Virus record (IMG/VR): IMGVR_UViG_3300020190_000032
Coordinates: 20,316 to 84,315 of that record
Direction: 5' to 3' (one strand)
Origin: a virus
DNA: 64,000 nucleotides
Below the pieces are notes generated by a model. It saw nothing but the letters and a program-made list of their open reading frames with translations. It was not told the DNA's origin and did no database searches. The position numbers and the translations under genes were made by a program. This document shows, one piece after another, positions 56,271-64,000 of the stretch. Each line of letters begins with the position of its first letter. Positions within the stretch are counted from its first letter, which is position 1.

Positions 56271-56451
56271 ATTGCCTACCGGTAATGATTGAGCTGTTAG
56301 CTGCTATTGCTGGTGCTGCGATAATTGAAGCTACTGCAGATGCCGCTGAATTAAACGCTTACATTACCAGTCCAGATTATCCTGTATGGCCCAATGATCC
56401 TAGTGTAATTATTGCTTCCGATCCGGAAAGCTAATACAGCTTGGTTTCATC

Positions 56452-58128
56452 ATGGCACTTACACAGGTATCTGGTGGAGGCGTTAAAGATGGCAGCATTA
56501 ATAATGTTGACATCAACGCAAGTGCTGCTATTGCTGGTAGTAAAGTAACTCCTGATTTCGGCAGTCAGAATGTAACAACAACTGGTACTGTAACAGGTGC
56601 CAGTTTAATTCCTGGTGGCAGCACCGTTCCCACCCTGGGCCTTTATCAACCCTCCGCAGGGGTTTTAGGGGTAGCAACTGGTGGGTCTGGCCGCCTCTTC
56701 ATTGATAGCAATGGGAATGTCGGAGTTGGTGTTGCTTCTCCGTCAGTTGCTTTTGATTGCAACGGAGCTGTGCGTTCAAGCACTGGTGTTATCCAGGCAA
56801 ACAGTGCAGATCAGTATAAGTACATTGAGTTTATGCACTCTGGTACGCGCCAGAGTCACATTTCTTGGGACAACACCAATAACTGGCTTTTTGTTCAGGC
56901 AAATGCCGCCAATAGCCAGATGCTTTTCTCGACAAATAATAGCGAGAAAATGCGCATCACCTCCGCTGGCCTTGTTGGCGTGGGAACTTCGAGTCCTACA
57001 GCTCGACTTGAATCAAGCCAAAATATTGGTTTTGGCACTGGCGGCACATTTGCCGCTGGACAGCTTTATTCTGATGCAAATTGGGGCGTTATTCTTAGCG
57101 CCAAGCAAGCCTCTCCTAACACTGCTGAGTTTGCATTTCAGAACGCTGGTGGCACAGAACGTTTTCGAGTTACAGGAACTGGAACGTTCAATATCAAAGG
57201 TGCTGGAGACGGTACGACAACTCAAGCCTATTCGTTTAACGGCAGCGCACCAGTCAACAGCCTCGTTGTTAACTCCAGTGGACAAGTAGGGATTGGCACT
57301 GCGAGCCCTGCCGCTGCGCTTGATGTCAATGGAGCTGCAAAAATTGGCGCGGCTACTGGAGACGCACAATTAGAAATTGGCGCGGGAGCCAGTGGCAATC
57401 GTAATGCTTATGTTGATCTTGTTGGTGATACAACTTATACCGATTACGGCTTACGGGTCATTCGTGAAGGTACTGGTGCCAATACCACTAGTGCGATTGC
57501 GCACAGAGGCACTGGCGAGTTGCGCCTCATTGCACAGGAAGCGGCCCCTATCGCTTTTCGGACGACTAACCAAGAGCGGATGAGGATTACAAGCGATGGA
57601 GAGGTGCTTATAGGCAGGACAACATTTGCAGCACCAGATACGACCATAGGTGTAATGTTGAATCCAACAGGTTTCCTGACATTAACATCTAGTGCAGAAG
57701 CTGGATCGTTTAATAGACAGGGCAGTGATGGAACTGTATTTCAATTTAGACGTGCAAATACAATCGTTGGATCGATTGGGGTAACTGCTACTGCAACATC
57801 ATATGCAACTTCTTCCGACTACCGCCTCAAGAAAAACGTCACTGCAGTTATTGACGGTATCACACGTCTGCGGCAACTCAAACCGAGCCGTTTTAACTTT
57901 ATTGCTACTCCCGATAAGACAGTTGATGGTTTTCTTGCTCATGAAGTGCAGGACGTAGTTCCCGAAGCCATCACTGGCACGAAGGATGAAGTCGATGCTG
58001 ACGGCACCCCCGTCTACCAGGGCATCGACCAGTCCAAGCTGGTGCCTTTGCTGACGGCTGCGCTGCAGGAAGCCATCAGTGAAATCGAATCACTAAAGGC
58101 TCGCGTTGCTGCACTTGAAGCCAACTAA
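56452..58128 (+). CDS. Tail fibre with C-terminal peptidase S74 intramolecular chaperone
   Basis: SDYRLKKNV..LKPSRFNF..GFLAHEVQ..IDQSKLVPLL..coiled coil; GNVGVG repeats. Confidence 0.9.
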   Translation: MALTQVSGGGVKDGSINNVDINASAAIAGSKVTPDFGSQNVTTTGTVTGASLIPGGSTVPTLGLYQPSAGVLGVATGGSGRLFIDSNGNVGVGVASPSVAFDCNGAVRSSTGVIQANSADQYKYIEFMHSGTRQSHISWDNTNNWLFVQANAANSQMLFSTNNSEKMRITSAGLVGVGTSSPTARLESSQNIGFGTGGTFAAGQLYSDANWGVILSAKQASPNTAEFAFQNAGGTERFRVTGTGTFNIKGAGDGTTTQAYSFNGSAPVNSLVVNSSGQVGIGTASPAAALDVNGAAKIGAATGDAQLEIGAGASGNRNAYVDLVGDTTYTDYGLRVIREGTGANTTSAIAHRGTGELRLIAQEAAPIAFRTTNQERMRITSDGEVLIGRTTFAAPDTTIGVMLNPTGFLTLTSSAEAGSFNRQGSDGTVFQFRRANTIVGSIGVTATATSYATSSDYRLKKNVTAVIDGITRLRQLKPSRFNFIATPDKTVDGFLAHEVQDVVPEAITGTKDEVDADGTPVYQGIDQSKLVPLLTAALQEAISEIESLKARVAALEAN

Positions 58129-58184
58129 AGAAGTCCCCTTCACTAAGACCTCATCATTAGGGATTCTAATGGTGGGGTCTACAA

Positions 58185-58409
58185 ATGTCTAAACGTGAAT
58201 TCAATACGCCCCATCGTGAGGCGTGGAATGCCCCGATTCATCAAATCCTGAAAGCAATTGATGAACATATGCGACTTTACATGGAGTCGCGTGATCCCTG
58301 GCATGTTGAAAAGGCTGAAGACTTGCGTGTATATCTCCATGAGCTGAAAACCTTCATCCACCGTCAGGAGGGTAAGATCAATGGCATCGAAAGACACGAT
58401 TTGGGGTGA
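58185..58409 (+). CDS. Hypothetical cyanophage-type protein
   Basis: REFNTP.RE.WN..ILKAID.H; late motif at 58160. Confidence 0.6.
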   Translation: MSKREFNTPHREAWNAPIHQILKAIDEHMRLYMESRDPWHVEKAEDLRVYLHELKTFIHRQEGKINGIERHDLG

Positions 58410-58719
58410 TTTAGAGTCCACTCCAACGAAATTAAAATTAAACATTTTTAAGGGAATTTACGATAGCTGCAAGACCAGAAATCCAATCATTGACTTCTTT
58501 ATTTTTTCTTTATTATTCTGGTTAGAAGAACGTTATATTGATTACAAAACCAAGGTTGCTATCGACGTAGCAGAGATTGAATATCACCACGAGATGGATA
58601 AGATTGAGAAGGACTGGAAAGAGTCCGCCGTGATCACTGAAACTAAGTCTCCTACATCTGAACTACTGCCCGAGATGCGGATTCGTGCGCCGTGGGTTGA
58701 AGGCGATAAACTGGACTGA
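58381..58719 (+). CDS. Hypothetical protein
   Basis: 112 aa ORF. Confidence 0.5.
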   Translation: MASKDTIWGDLESTPTKLKLNIFKGIYDSCKTRNPIIDFFIFSLLFWLEERYIDYKTKVAIDVAEIEYHHEMDKIEKDWKESAVITETKSPTSELLPEMRIRAPWVEGDKLD

Positions 58720-59371
58720 CTGCTTTCCTGTCATGACTGTTTCGATCTCTAAGGAACGTGTTGGCGACATCATCGAAGTTGAGATGACGATCCGCATGCC
58801 GGAATTTAAGGTGTCACAATTTACTCATGTCGGCCAGTCATTTGATGACTACCGCTATGAAATCATTAATCAAGCTGAGTCCAAGCTTCGCTCCTACATC
58901 GAAGCAGCTTCTAAAGCTTATGAGGGCTGTGAAGATGAATGAAGACGTGAAGTGGCTCAGGGATGAGTATGCAATGAAAGCTTTTGAATTTTTTATTCAG
59001 AAGTATTTTGACCGCGACTTTGAAAAGTTTGCTGCCGATTGCGAACTTGACATCCATGAAACCGTTGCATCCCTCAGCTACATGTTGGCTGATGAAATGA
59101 TCAAGCAACGATAAAACAATATCGTTATGGATTATTTGCCGGCTTATGTCGTTGAACTGCATCGCGGTATTCGCCGTGAAACGGTCATTGTCAATGCGGA
59201 ATCCGCGTTTGAGGCACAGGAACTGGCCTTGAAGCGGTTTCCTGGCCATAAAATAACCTCAATCTCCCGAAAACTGGAAGACTGAGGTGTTCGAGATGGA
59301 TCGGGGGAGCGAAAGCTCCCTTTTTTATTGGTTATGGGGAATGATTTCTCTCTCACTCTCTTTCTTGTTAG

Positions 59372-59581
59372 TTATACTGTTTCATCACTCCAATGATAAC
59401 GAAGTTTATCACCATCCGCAGAAATGTTCAGGTGATAGATTTTATCACTTTCAGTATAAACACCAATCCAAAGTGTGCGTTCATTCATGCTTTCCAGATG
59501 AAACATCTGAATGTCTTGAAGCACAATCTCATCAGGATTTTCTGTAAATCTGCTCACTTCAATATCCCTCATAGGCATCAA
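59372..59581 (-). CDS. Hypothetical protein
   Basis: NPDEIVL..FHLESM..LWIGVY. Confidence 0.55.
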   Translation of the reverse strand: MMPMRDIEVSRFTENPDEIVLQDIQMFHLESMNERTLWIGVYTESDKIYHLNISADGDKLRYHWSDETV

Positions 59582-59897
59582 GAATTGTTTTTGCTAATGC
59601 GATTGCTAAATCTTTTTGTCCAATACTAAGATCCTCGCGAGCACCACCAAAGGCTTTCATTTCAACTTCAGTCATTGTTGTCGAGCTCCAGATCAGTAGG
59701 GAAAACAATGTCGGACATAGCAGCCTCGTATTTTGCTTCACAATCTTGATAACCTGCCTGATAGCCCGCTCTAAAAGCTTCGACCAACAAGTCGCGAAGT
59801 TCTGGCTCTTCGTCAACCCATAGCGTCTCCCACTTTTCCAACAGCCAGAAAGCAGGATCTGGCAGATTAGTTGCAGAGGCAGTGTTCTCGTTTTTCA

Positions 59898-60224
59898 TTA
59901 GTAATCGTCTGGTGAAAGAATTGTTGTATAGCAACAGCTTACTCCCTCATCTTGCATCCCATAACCATCTGTAATAATCCATAACCTTTTATCATCTGTC
60001 AATTTGTAAGCACCCATCAGTCGCCCATTTGGTGTTTTTCGTCGAATCGTATCAATATTTGCCTGCCAATCGTCTTCGTCTAAGTCGCCCCAATCTCCGT
60101 CAATATACTGAACGAGATAATCATGAATTCGATAAAGGATCTCCGGTTTTTCCTTAACCCATCTATTTACAGTTTGAGTATAAAGAATTGGTCCAAGAGC
60201 AAGTGGATCTGGTTTCGTAATCAT
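59898..60224 (-). CDS. Conserved mobile-element protein (GDWGD..LWIIT..TTIL.P.DY family)
   Basis: Motif pattern common in plasmid/phage early regions. Confidence 0.65.
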   Translation of the reverse strand: MITKPDPLALGPILYTQTVNRWVKEKPEILYRIHDYLVQYIDGDWGDLDEDDWQANIDTIRRKTPNGRLMGAYKLTDDKRLWIITDGYGMQDEGVSCCYTTILSPDDY

Positions 60225-60506
60225 TCAATTCTCCTGTTCGGGATCATTGCCATACGCCGATTCAATCTGACCAGAACAATGGTCACAGAATAAATCTTCT
60301 TCTTCCCAATTGATGTCAAGACCTAGAATACACCATCCATCTGAACCTGTGGTTGTTCCAATCGCTTCTCTTTCTGTTTTGCAACATTTATGACACAAGA
60401 CACCTGCATCACTTGTCATCGCAAACATTGGATAACCACCAGGCCAAGCAAATGGATTACTTGCCAACTCATCAGCAAATCGAAGGCTTTTTGATTGTGT
60501 CGTCAT
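60225..60506 (-). CDS. Zn-binding early protein
   Basis: AWPGGYP..LCHKC..INWE..CDHC..IESAY. Confidence 0.65.
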   Translation of the reverse strand: MTTQSKSLRFADELASNPFAWPGGYPMFAMTSDAGVLCHKCCKTEREAIGTTTGSDGWCILGLDINWEEEDLFCDHCSGQIESAYGNDPEQEN

Positions 60507-60507
60507 T

Positions 60508-60822
60508 TTAATTCATTAACTCCGAATAAATGGGATGTGCTTTTGCTTGTTCAAATTTCAATCCGACAAGCGCTAAAGGCCATCCAAACCGCGTAATTTT
60601 ATAAAGCGTTCCATTCTTCCATCTAACAAACGTAACCCTCTCCAAGGCCCAGGAAACGCCCGTTGGCGTCGTTACCACCTCGTCACTCATCGCTGCAGCG
60701 CGATAAATATGACCATAACGTGGATACCAGTCCTCACAAACATATTCATTAGGATGTGGATCATCCACAATGAATGATGGCATGGTCGCAAATCGAAAAT
60801 TTTTTGATTGTGTCGTCATCAT
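60508..60822 (-). CDS. Hypothetical early protein
   Basis: Shares its first 11 codons with the neighbouring gene. Confidence 0.5.
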   Translation of the reverse strand: MMTTQSKNFRFATMPSFIVDDPHPNEYVCEDWYPRYGHIYRAAAMSDEVVTTPTGVSWALERVTFVRWKNGTLYKITRFGWPLALVGLKFEQAKAHPIYSELMN

Positions 60823-61190
60823 TTAAATCCTTTATTTGGCTTTTCAGAATACAAATCTAAAATATCCTTATTATCTATTGTTTTTTTTAGTGCTTCACGA
60901 GAGACAGGGAGCCTTGCATTTGTCACTTTATCGATATTACATACGAGAACAGCACAGAAATCTTCTTTTTTGCCTTTTTCTTGTGCTACTTGATCTTCGA
61001 AGAAATACTTTTCTCCAATGTCATTATAAAGTTTTCTCAACACTGCGCGTAAGCGACGCTTGGCAATTAGTTGTTCATATTTCTTGAATAACTTCAAGTC
61101 TCTTTTAAGAGCGATTAGTGAAATGTCTTTCACTTCGGGATGGAGTGAATGCTCTTTCCACTTTCCGTCTTTGATTTTGTAATCAGTCAT
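60819..61190 (-). CDS. Hypothetical protein
   Basis: ORF 60819..61295, ATG at 61190 avoids overlap. Confidence 0.5.
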   Translation of the reverse strand: MTDYKIKDGKWKEHSLHPEVKDISLIALKRDLKLFKKYEQLIAKRRLRAVLRKLYNDIGEKYFFEDQVAQEKGKKEDFCAVLVCNIDKVTNARLPVSREALKKTIDNKDILDLYSEKPNKGFK

Positions 61191-61224
61191 CGATTTCAAT
61201 GATAAATTGCTTGATAAAAAACCT

Positions 61225-61524
61225 TCAGTTCTCAACTCTCTCCCAGATAGCCTCAGAACCATTTGCACGGATCCGCAGCACTCTGGTGGCATCAAAACTA
61301 CGCCATGTAGTCTTACCCTCCTCTTTGTTGTTTACTTCACGGATCCGGAAGATATTCGGATCATCGCAGGTACTACCAGTACCCTTGATCTCGTTCCAAT
61401 CACGGGGATTGAATGTGATCTGACGTTCAGTGCCATCCTTCTTTAGGAAGTTGACAGAAACCAACTTAGAACCAGCTTTTTGGATGATGTCACGGATGAT
61501 CTCGTGACGCGGTTTAATAGTCAT
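61225..61524 (-). CDS. WYL-like/SH3 beta-barrel protein
   Basis: VSVNFLKKDGTERQ..WRSF. Confidence 0.65.
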   Translation of the reverse strand: MTIKPRHEIIRDIIQKAGSKLVSVNFLKKDGTERQITFNPRDWNEIKGTGSTCDDPNIFRIREVNNKEEGKTTWRSFDATRVLRIRANGSEAIWERVEN

Positions 61525-61526
61525 GT

Positions 61527-61712
61527 TCAGTTCCAGTAATCAGAAATAAATTGGATGACTTGATCAAGAGTGTCAAAGTCAGGGCTGACCTGAAGTTCCG
61601 TGGATCGATCAATGATTTGATAGAAGGTCCCAGGCTGCCCTTCGAAGCAGGCTACGACCTCTTTGTCCTGTCTCTTTAGGGATCGATTGATCACCTCGAT
61701 GGTGGTGTTCAT
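61527..61712 (-). CDS. Hypothetical early protein
   Basis: ATG downstream of the promoter at 61766-61738. Confidence 0.5.
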   Translation of the reverse strand: MNTTIEVINRSLKRQDKEVVACFEGQPGTFYQIIDRSTELQVSPDFDTLDQVIQFISDYWN

Positions 61713-61737
61713 GGGGCTTGCCCTTGACGACTCCCTA

Positions 61738-61766
61738 ATCATACAGCAAAGGGGTCGCTTGCGCAA
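61738..61766 (-). promoter_or_regulatory. Sigma70-type early promoter
   Basis: TTGCGC-17 nt-TATGAT on the minus strand. Confidence 0.6.
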
Positions 61767-61795
61767 CCCCTTCACAATTATTGACCTTTCAGGCC

Positions 61796-61984
61796 TCAGG
61801 CAAACTTGGCGACCCTGGCAGATGCCTCATGAATACTGTGAATCGTTTGCCCTTTTTGCTTTGCCCTATTGACAAATTTAATGCATTCATCCTCATCAAC
61901 GCAACCTGCAACAATCATCGTGGAATGACCGCCAACCTCTGCATCGAGAACAACGCGGTAGGCCTTGGGTTTTTGAATGGACAT
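61796..61984 (-). CDS. Hypothetical protein
   Basis: 62 aa with SD-like AAGGA upstream. Confidence 0.5.
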   Translation of the reverse strand: MSIQKPKAYRVVLDAEVGGHSTMIVAGCVDEDECIKFVNRAKQKGQTIHSIHEASARVAKFA

Positions 61985-62062
61985 GGATTCGTCCTTGAGA
62001 ACCCAGCTACCGTAATGCCAAAACTTACCGCGTCGAGCACCTGTAACAATAAGTATAAATAC

Positions 62063-62338
62063 CTATTCTTCGGTATCATCAAATACATTGATCAGCGCAT
62101 GGTTTCCAATTACATGTAATGCCAACTTGTTCCATGCCTTCGCGGCATCAATCTCATTCTCAAATGCACCAATAAACCATCTTCTACCTTGATAAGCTAA
62201 TGATGCTCGATATGGTTTCTTCGGATTATTATTACTTGTTACTCCCTTGTATTTGCTAAATTTTTTTTTGCTATTTGGTCTGCTTGCAAGTTTAATATAA
62301 TACTCTTTCTCGTCGACATTCTTTGTGTAGTAGCTCAT
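62063..62338 (-). CDS. AP2-domain DNA-binding protein
   Basis: SKYKGV..YRA..IGAFENEIDAAKAWN. Confidence 0.8.
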   Translation of the reverse strand: MSYYTKNVDEKEYYIKLASRPNSKKKFSKYKGVTSNNNPKKPYRASLAYQGRRWFIGAFENEIDAAKAWNKLALHVIGNHALINVFDDTEE

Positions 62339-62412
62339 TGAAAAAACAAAAGCCCATGGACTTTAGCACCACCCAATAATCCCCGTGGACCCTTTATGAT
62401 TTCTTAATTATC

Positions 62413-62727
62413 CTAATTACCCTCTCCCCTGAACCATCTCCTCTTATTCCCAAACCATTCAGCTAACGTAATTGGATCCTGTGGTCCAACTAAATGATCA
62501 CTCGGATCAGGTTCACCAATATCTAATGCTTGACAGAATTGATCCATATCACTTGGATCATCACCCTGTACAGCAGCTCTCCTTGCCTGTCTCAACATCT
62601 TATCAACAGTTGGATTTCTATCTGCCCATTTTTGAATCCAGGTCATATCATTGAACTCAACTGAAGCTCCAACCCTTATTCTTTCACAAATAAATTCAAC
62701 TCTTAAACGGGTTTGAGATGACAGCAT
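62413..62727 (-). CDS. Hypothetical cyanophage-type protein
   Basis: MLSSQTRLRVEFIC..LRQARR..LDIGEPDPSDH. Confidence 0.65.
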   Translation of the reverse strand: MLSSQTRLRVEFICERIRVGASVEFNDMTWIQKWADRNPTVDKMLRQARRAAVQGDDPSDMDQFCQALDIGEPDPSDHLVGPQDPITLAEWFGNKRRWFRGEGN

Positions 62728-62802
62728 ATCCCATTCAAGGCTTGCATATTGTTCCGTTTGCCGTCTTATTTATTCTCAATAAGAATTATTTTTCTCAATA
62801 AA

Positions 62803-62899
62803 GGGGGTATCCTGAGACTACCTTTTATAGAGAGGGGGTATCCTGAGACTACCTTTAGGGTTTCCTAAGACTACCCCTAGGGGTTTCCTAAGACTACCC
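62803..62899. repeat. Four iteron-like repeats GGGT[AT]TCCT[GA]AGACTACC in a putative replication origin
   Basis: Units at about 62804, 62835, 62858 and 62880; non-coding region with an AT-rich block at about 63440-63580. Confidence 0.75.
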
Positions 62900-64000
62900 T
62901 TTGCTATTTAACTAATAGATTATTATATTATTAATTAAAACCAAGATTGAAGAAAGATTCTTTTAGATTACCCCCTATAGTCCCCCACACCGTTTAGCCC
63001 TTAACCATTCTCAATAAGAATTTTTTTTTCTCAATAAAAACTATTTTTTGTAGCCAAAAGAACATTTCATAGGGTCTGCATGTAAGTCGTAGTGAAAGAT
63101 TGATCCTAGAATCCCCTGAGAGGTGTCTAGAAGCCCTTAGAAGACCTGTATAACCCTTGATGAACCCATTCCCCTATAAAGCCTTCTGAAAGCCTATTAG
63201 AGAGCCTTCTAGACCTTAGTTCTATTTTTGACCCCTAGTCTTAGACTGAGTCTCATAACTCTTATCCCATCTCACTCATACGAATTCCCCTCCCTACCTA
63301 TTTATCCCATCTTCCCCTTAACCCTAAAACCCTTACAATATCTACATCCTAACCCCTTATTAACTCTCTCTATTATCCAATTTATACCCCTAAATGATAG
63401 CCTTTACTACTTCCCTTAGTACATTTTTGAAACCAATAACCCCTTAGGTAACAAGTCTTAATATAATATATATTATATAATATATAACTAATGGTTTATT
63501 ATTAACTAATAGTCTTAAATATTCAATTACAGAGTAATTGAATATTCTATTTAACTAACTAGTAATAACTAGTTATAGTATATGCCTCTACACTACTCCT
63601 TCTCTCTCTCATCATTCATCCGCCGACTTCTTCACTGATCGGCAATTTTCTTAAAATTTGAAAATCTTTTCCCATAATTGAAAAATGGAAAATCTAATTT
63701 TCTTAAAATAAATCCGCTTGACGGGATACTTAATGCTCAGTCTCAAAGTGAGTCTCAAAAAAGACTTGGCCAGGCTTTTGCGTACCTGTGTATGATGCAG
63801 GTACTCTGGCCCAAATGTTTCATTCCGCTCAGCAGGGTTGACAAAAGACCTAGACCGGGTCCGAAAAAAATCCACGCGCAAGCGCGATCGTGAATGAAGG
63901 CCGCAACGCGGCTCATTCACGCTCACCATATTAAATATAAAAAAAGGGGGGCAATCTGCCCCCGTAAAAACTATTTAACTTTGCATAACCTTTCAGATAA

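Noticed and set aside
53522-58128. Diversity-generating retroelement or invertible fibre switch
   Set aside because: No reverse transcriptase or invertase; repeats are direct and mismatches are not adenine-specific
62803-62899. Possible CRISPR mini-array
   Set aside because: Gaps between repeats are only about 3-12 nt, with no spacer-sized unique sequence and no cas genes; fits iterons
63228-63929. Short ORFs at the right end
   Set aside because: Low-complexity, AT-rich and without motifs; the region looks non-coding, and a packaging-site role could not be supported
1-64000. Stop-codon recoding or suppressor tRNA
   Set aside because: TAA, TGA and TAG all end recognisable genes; anticodon TAA reads Leu TTA, not a stop
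1-64000. Prophage boundary, integrase or photosynthesis genes (psbA, hli)
   Set aside because: None recognisable in the window; lifestyle cannot be assigned

Overview
The window is a 64-kb stretch of a tailed dsDNA cyanophage, probably a large sipho-type virus of a Synechococcus/Cyanobium-like host. No host chromosome, integrase or DNA polymerase is visible. Layout: tail and fibre genes (1-13.5 kb); scaffold, major capsid and decoration genes plus further fibres (13.6-24.7 kb); lysis (24.8-26.8 kb); replication, recombination and nucleotide metabolism (DnaB, initiator, Sak3-like, SSB, RusA, RecE-like, ThyX, DnaG, class II RNR, Dcd) interleaved with two sigma factors, terminase and portal (27-46 kb); four tRNAs, RlpA and small genes (47-53 kb); a second fibre island (53.3-58.1 kb); leftward early genes and an origin-like non-coding region (59-64 kb). 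Main observations: (1) a family of G[AT]GAN-loop RNA hairpins in the leaders of portal, scaffold and major capsid genes although these lie 30 kb apart; (2) more than 20 copies of a GG-N-A-N-N-CTA element, most 27-32 nt upstream of late genes, matched by a SigF-like sigma lacking region 4.2; (3) a possible DGG/DYG-peptide to Mtd-N docking code for fibre assembly; (4) unannotated mini-proteins resembling CP12, the DnaX C-terminal tail and the NrdR Zn-ribbon; (5) related iteron arrays at two loci. All family assignments are from motif recognition by eye, not database searches.
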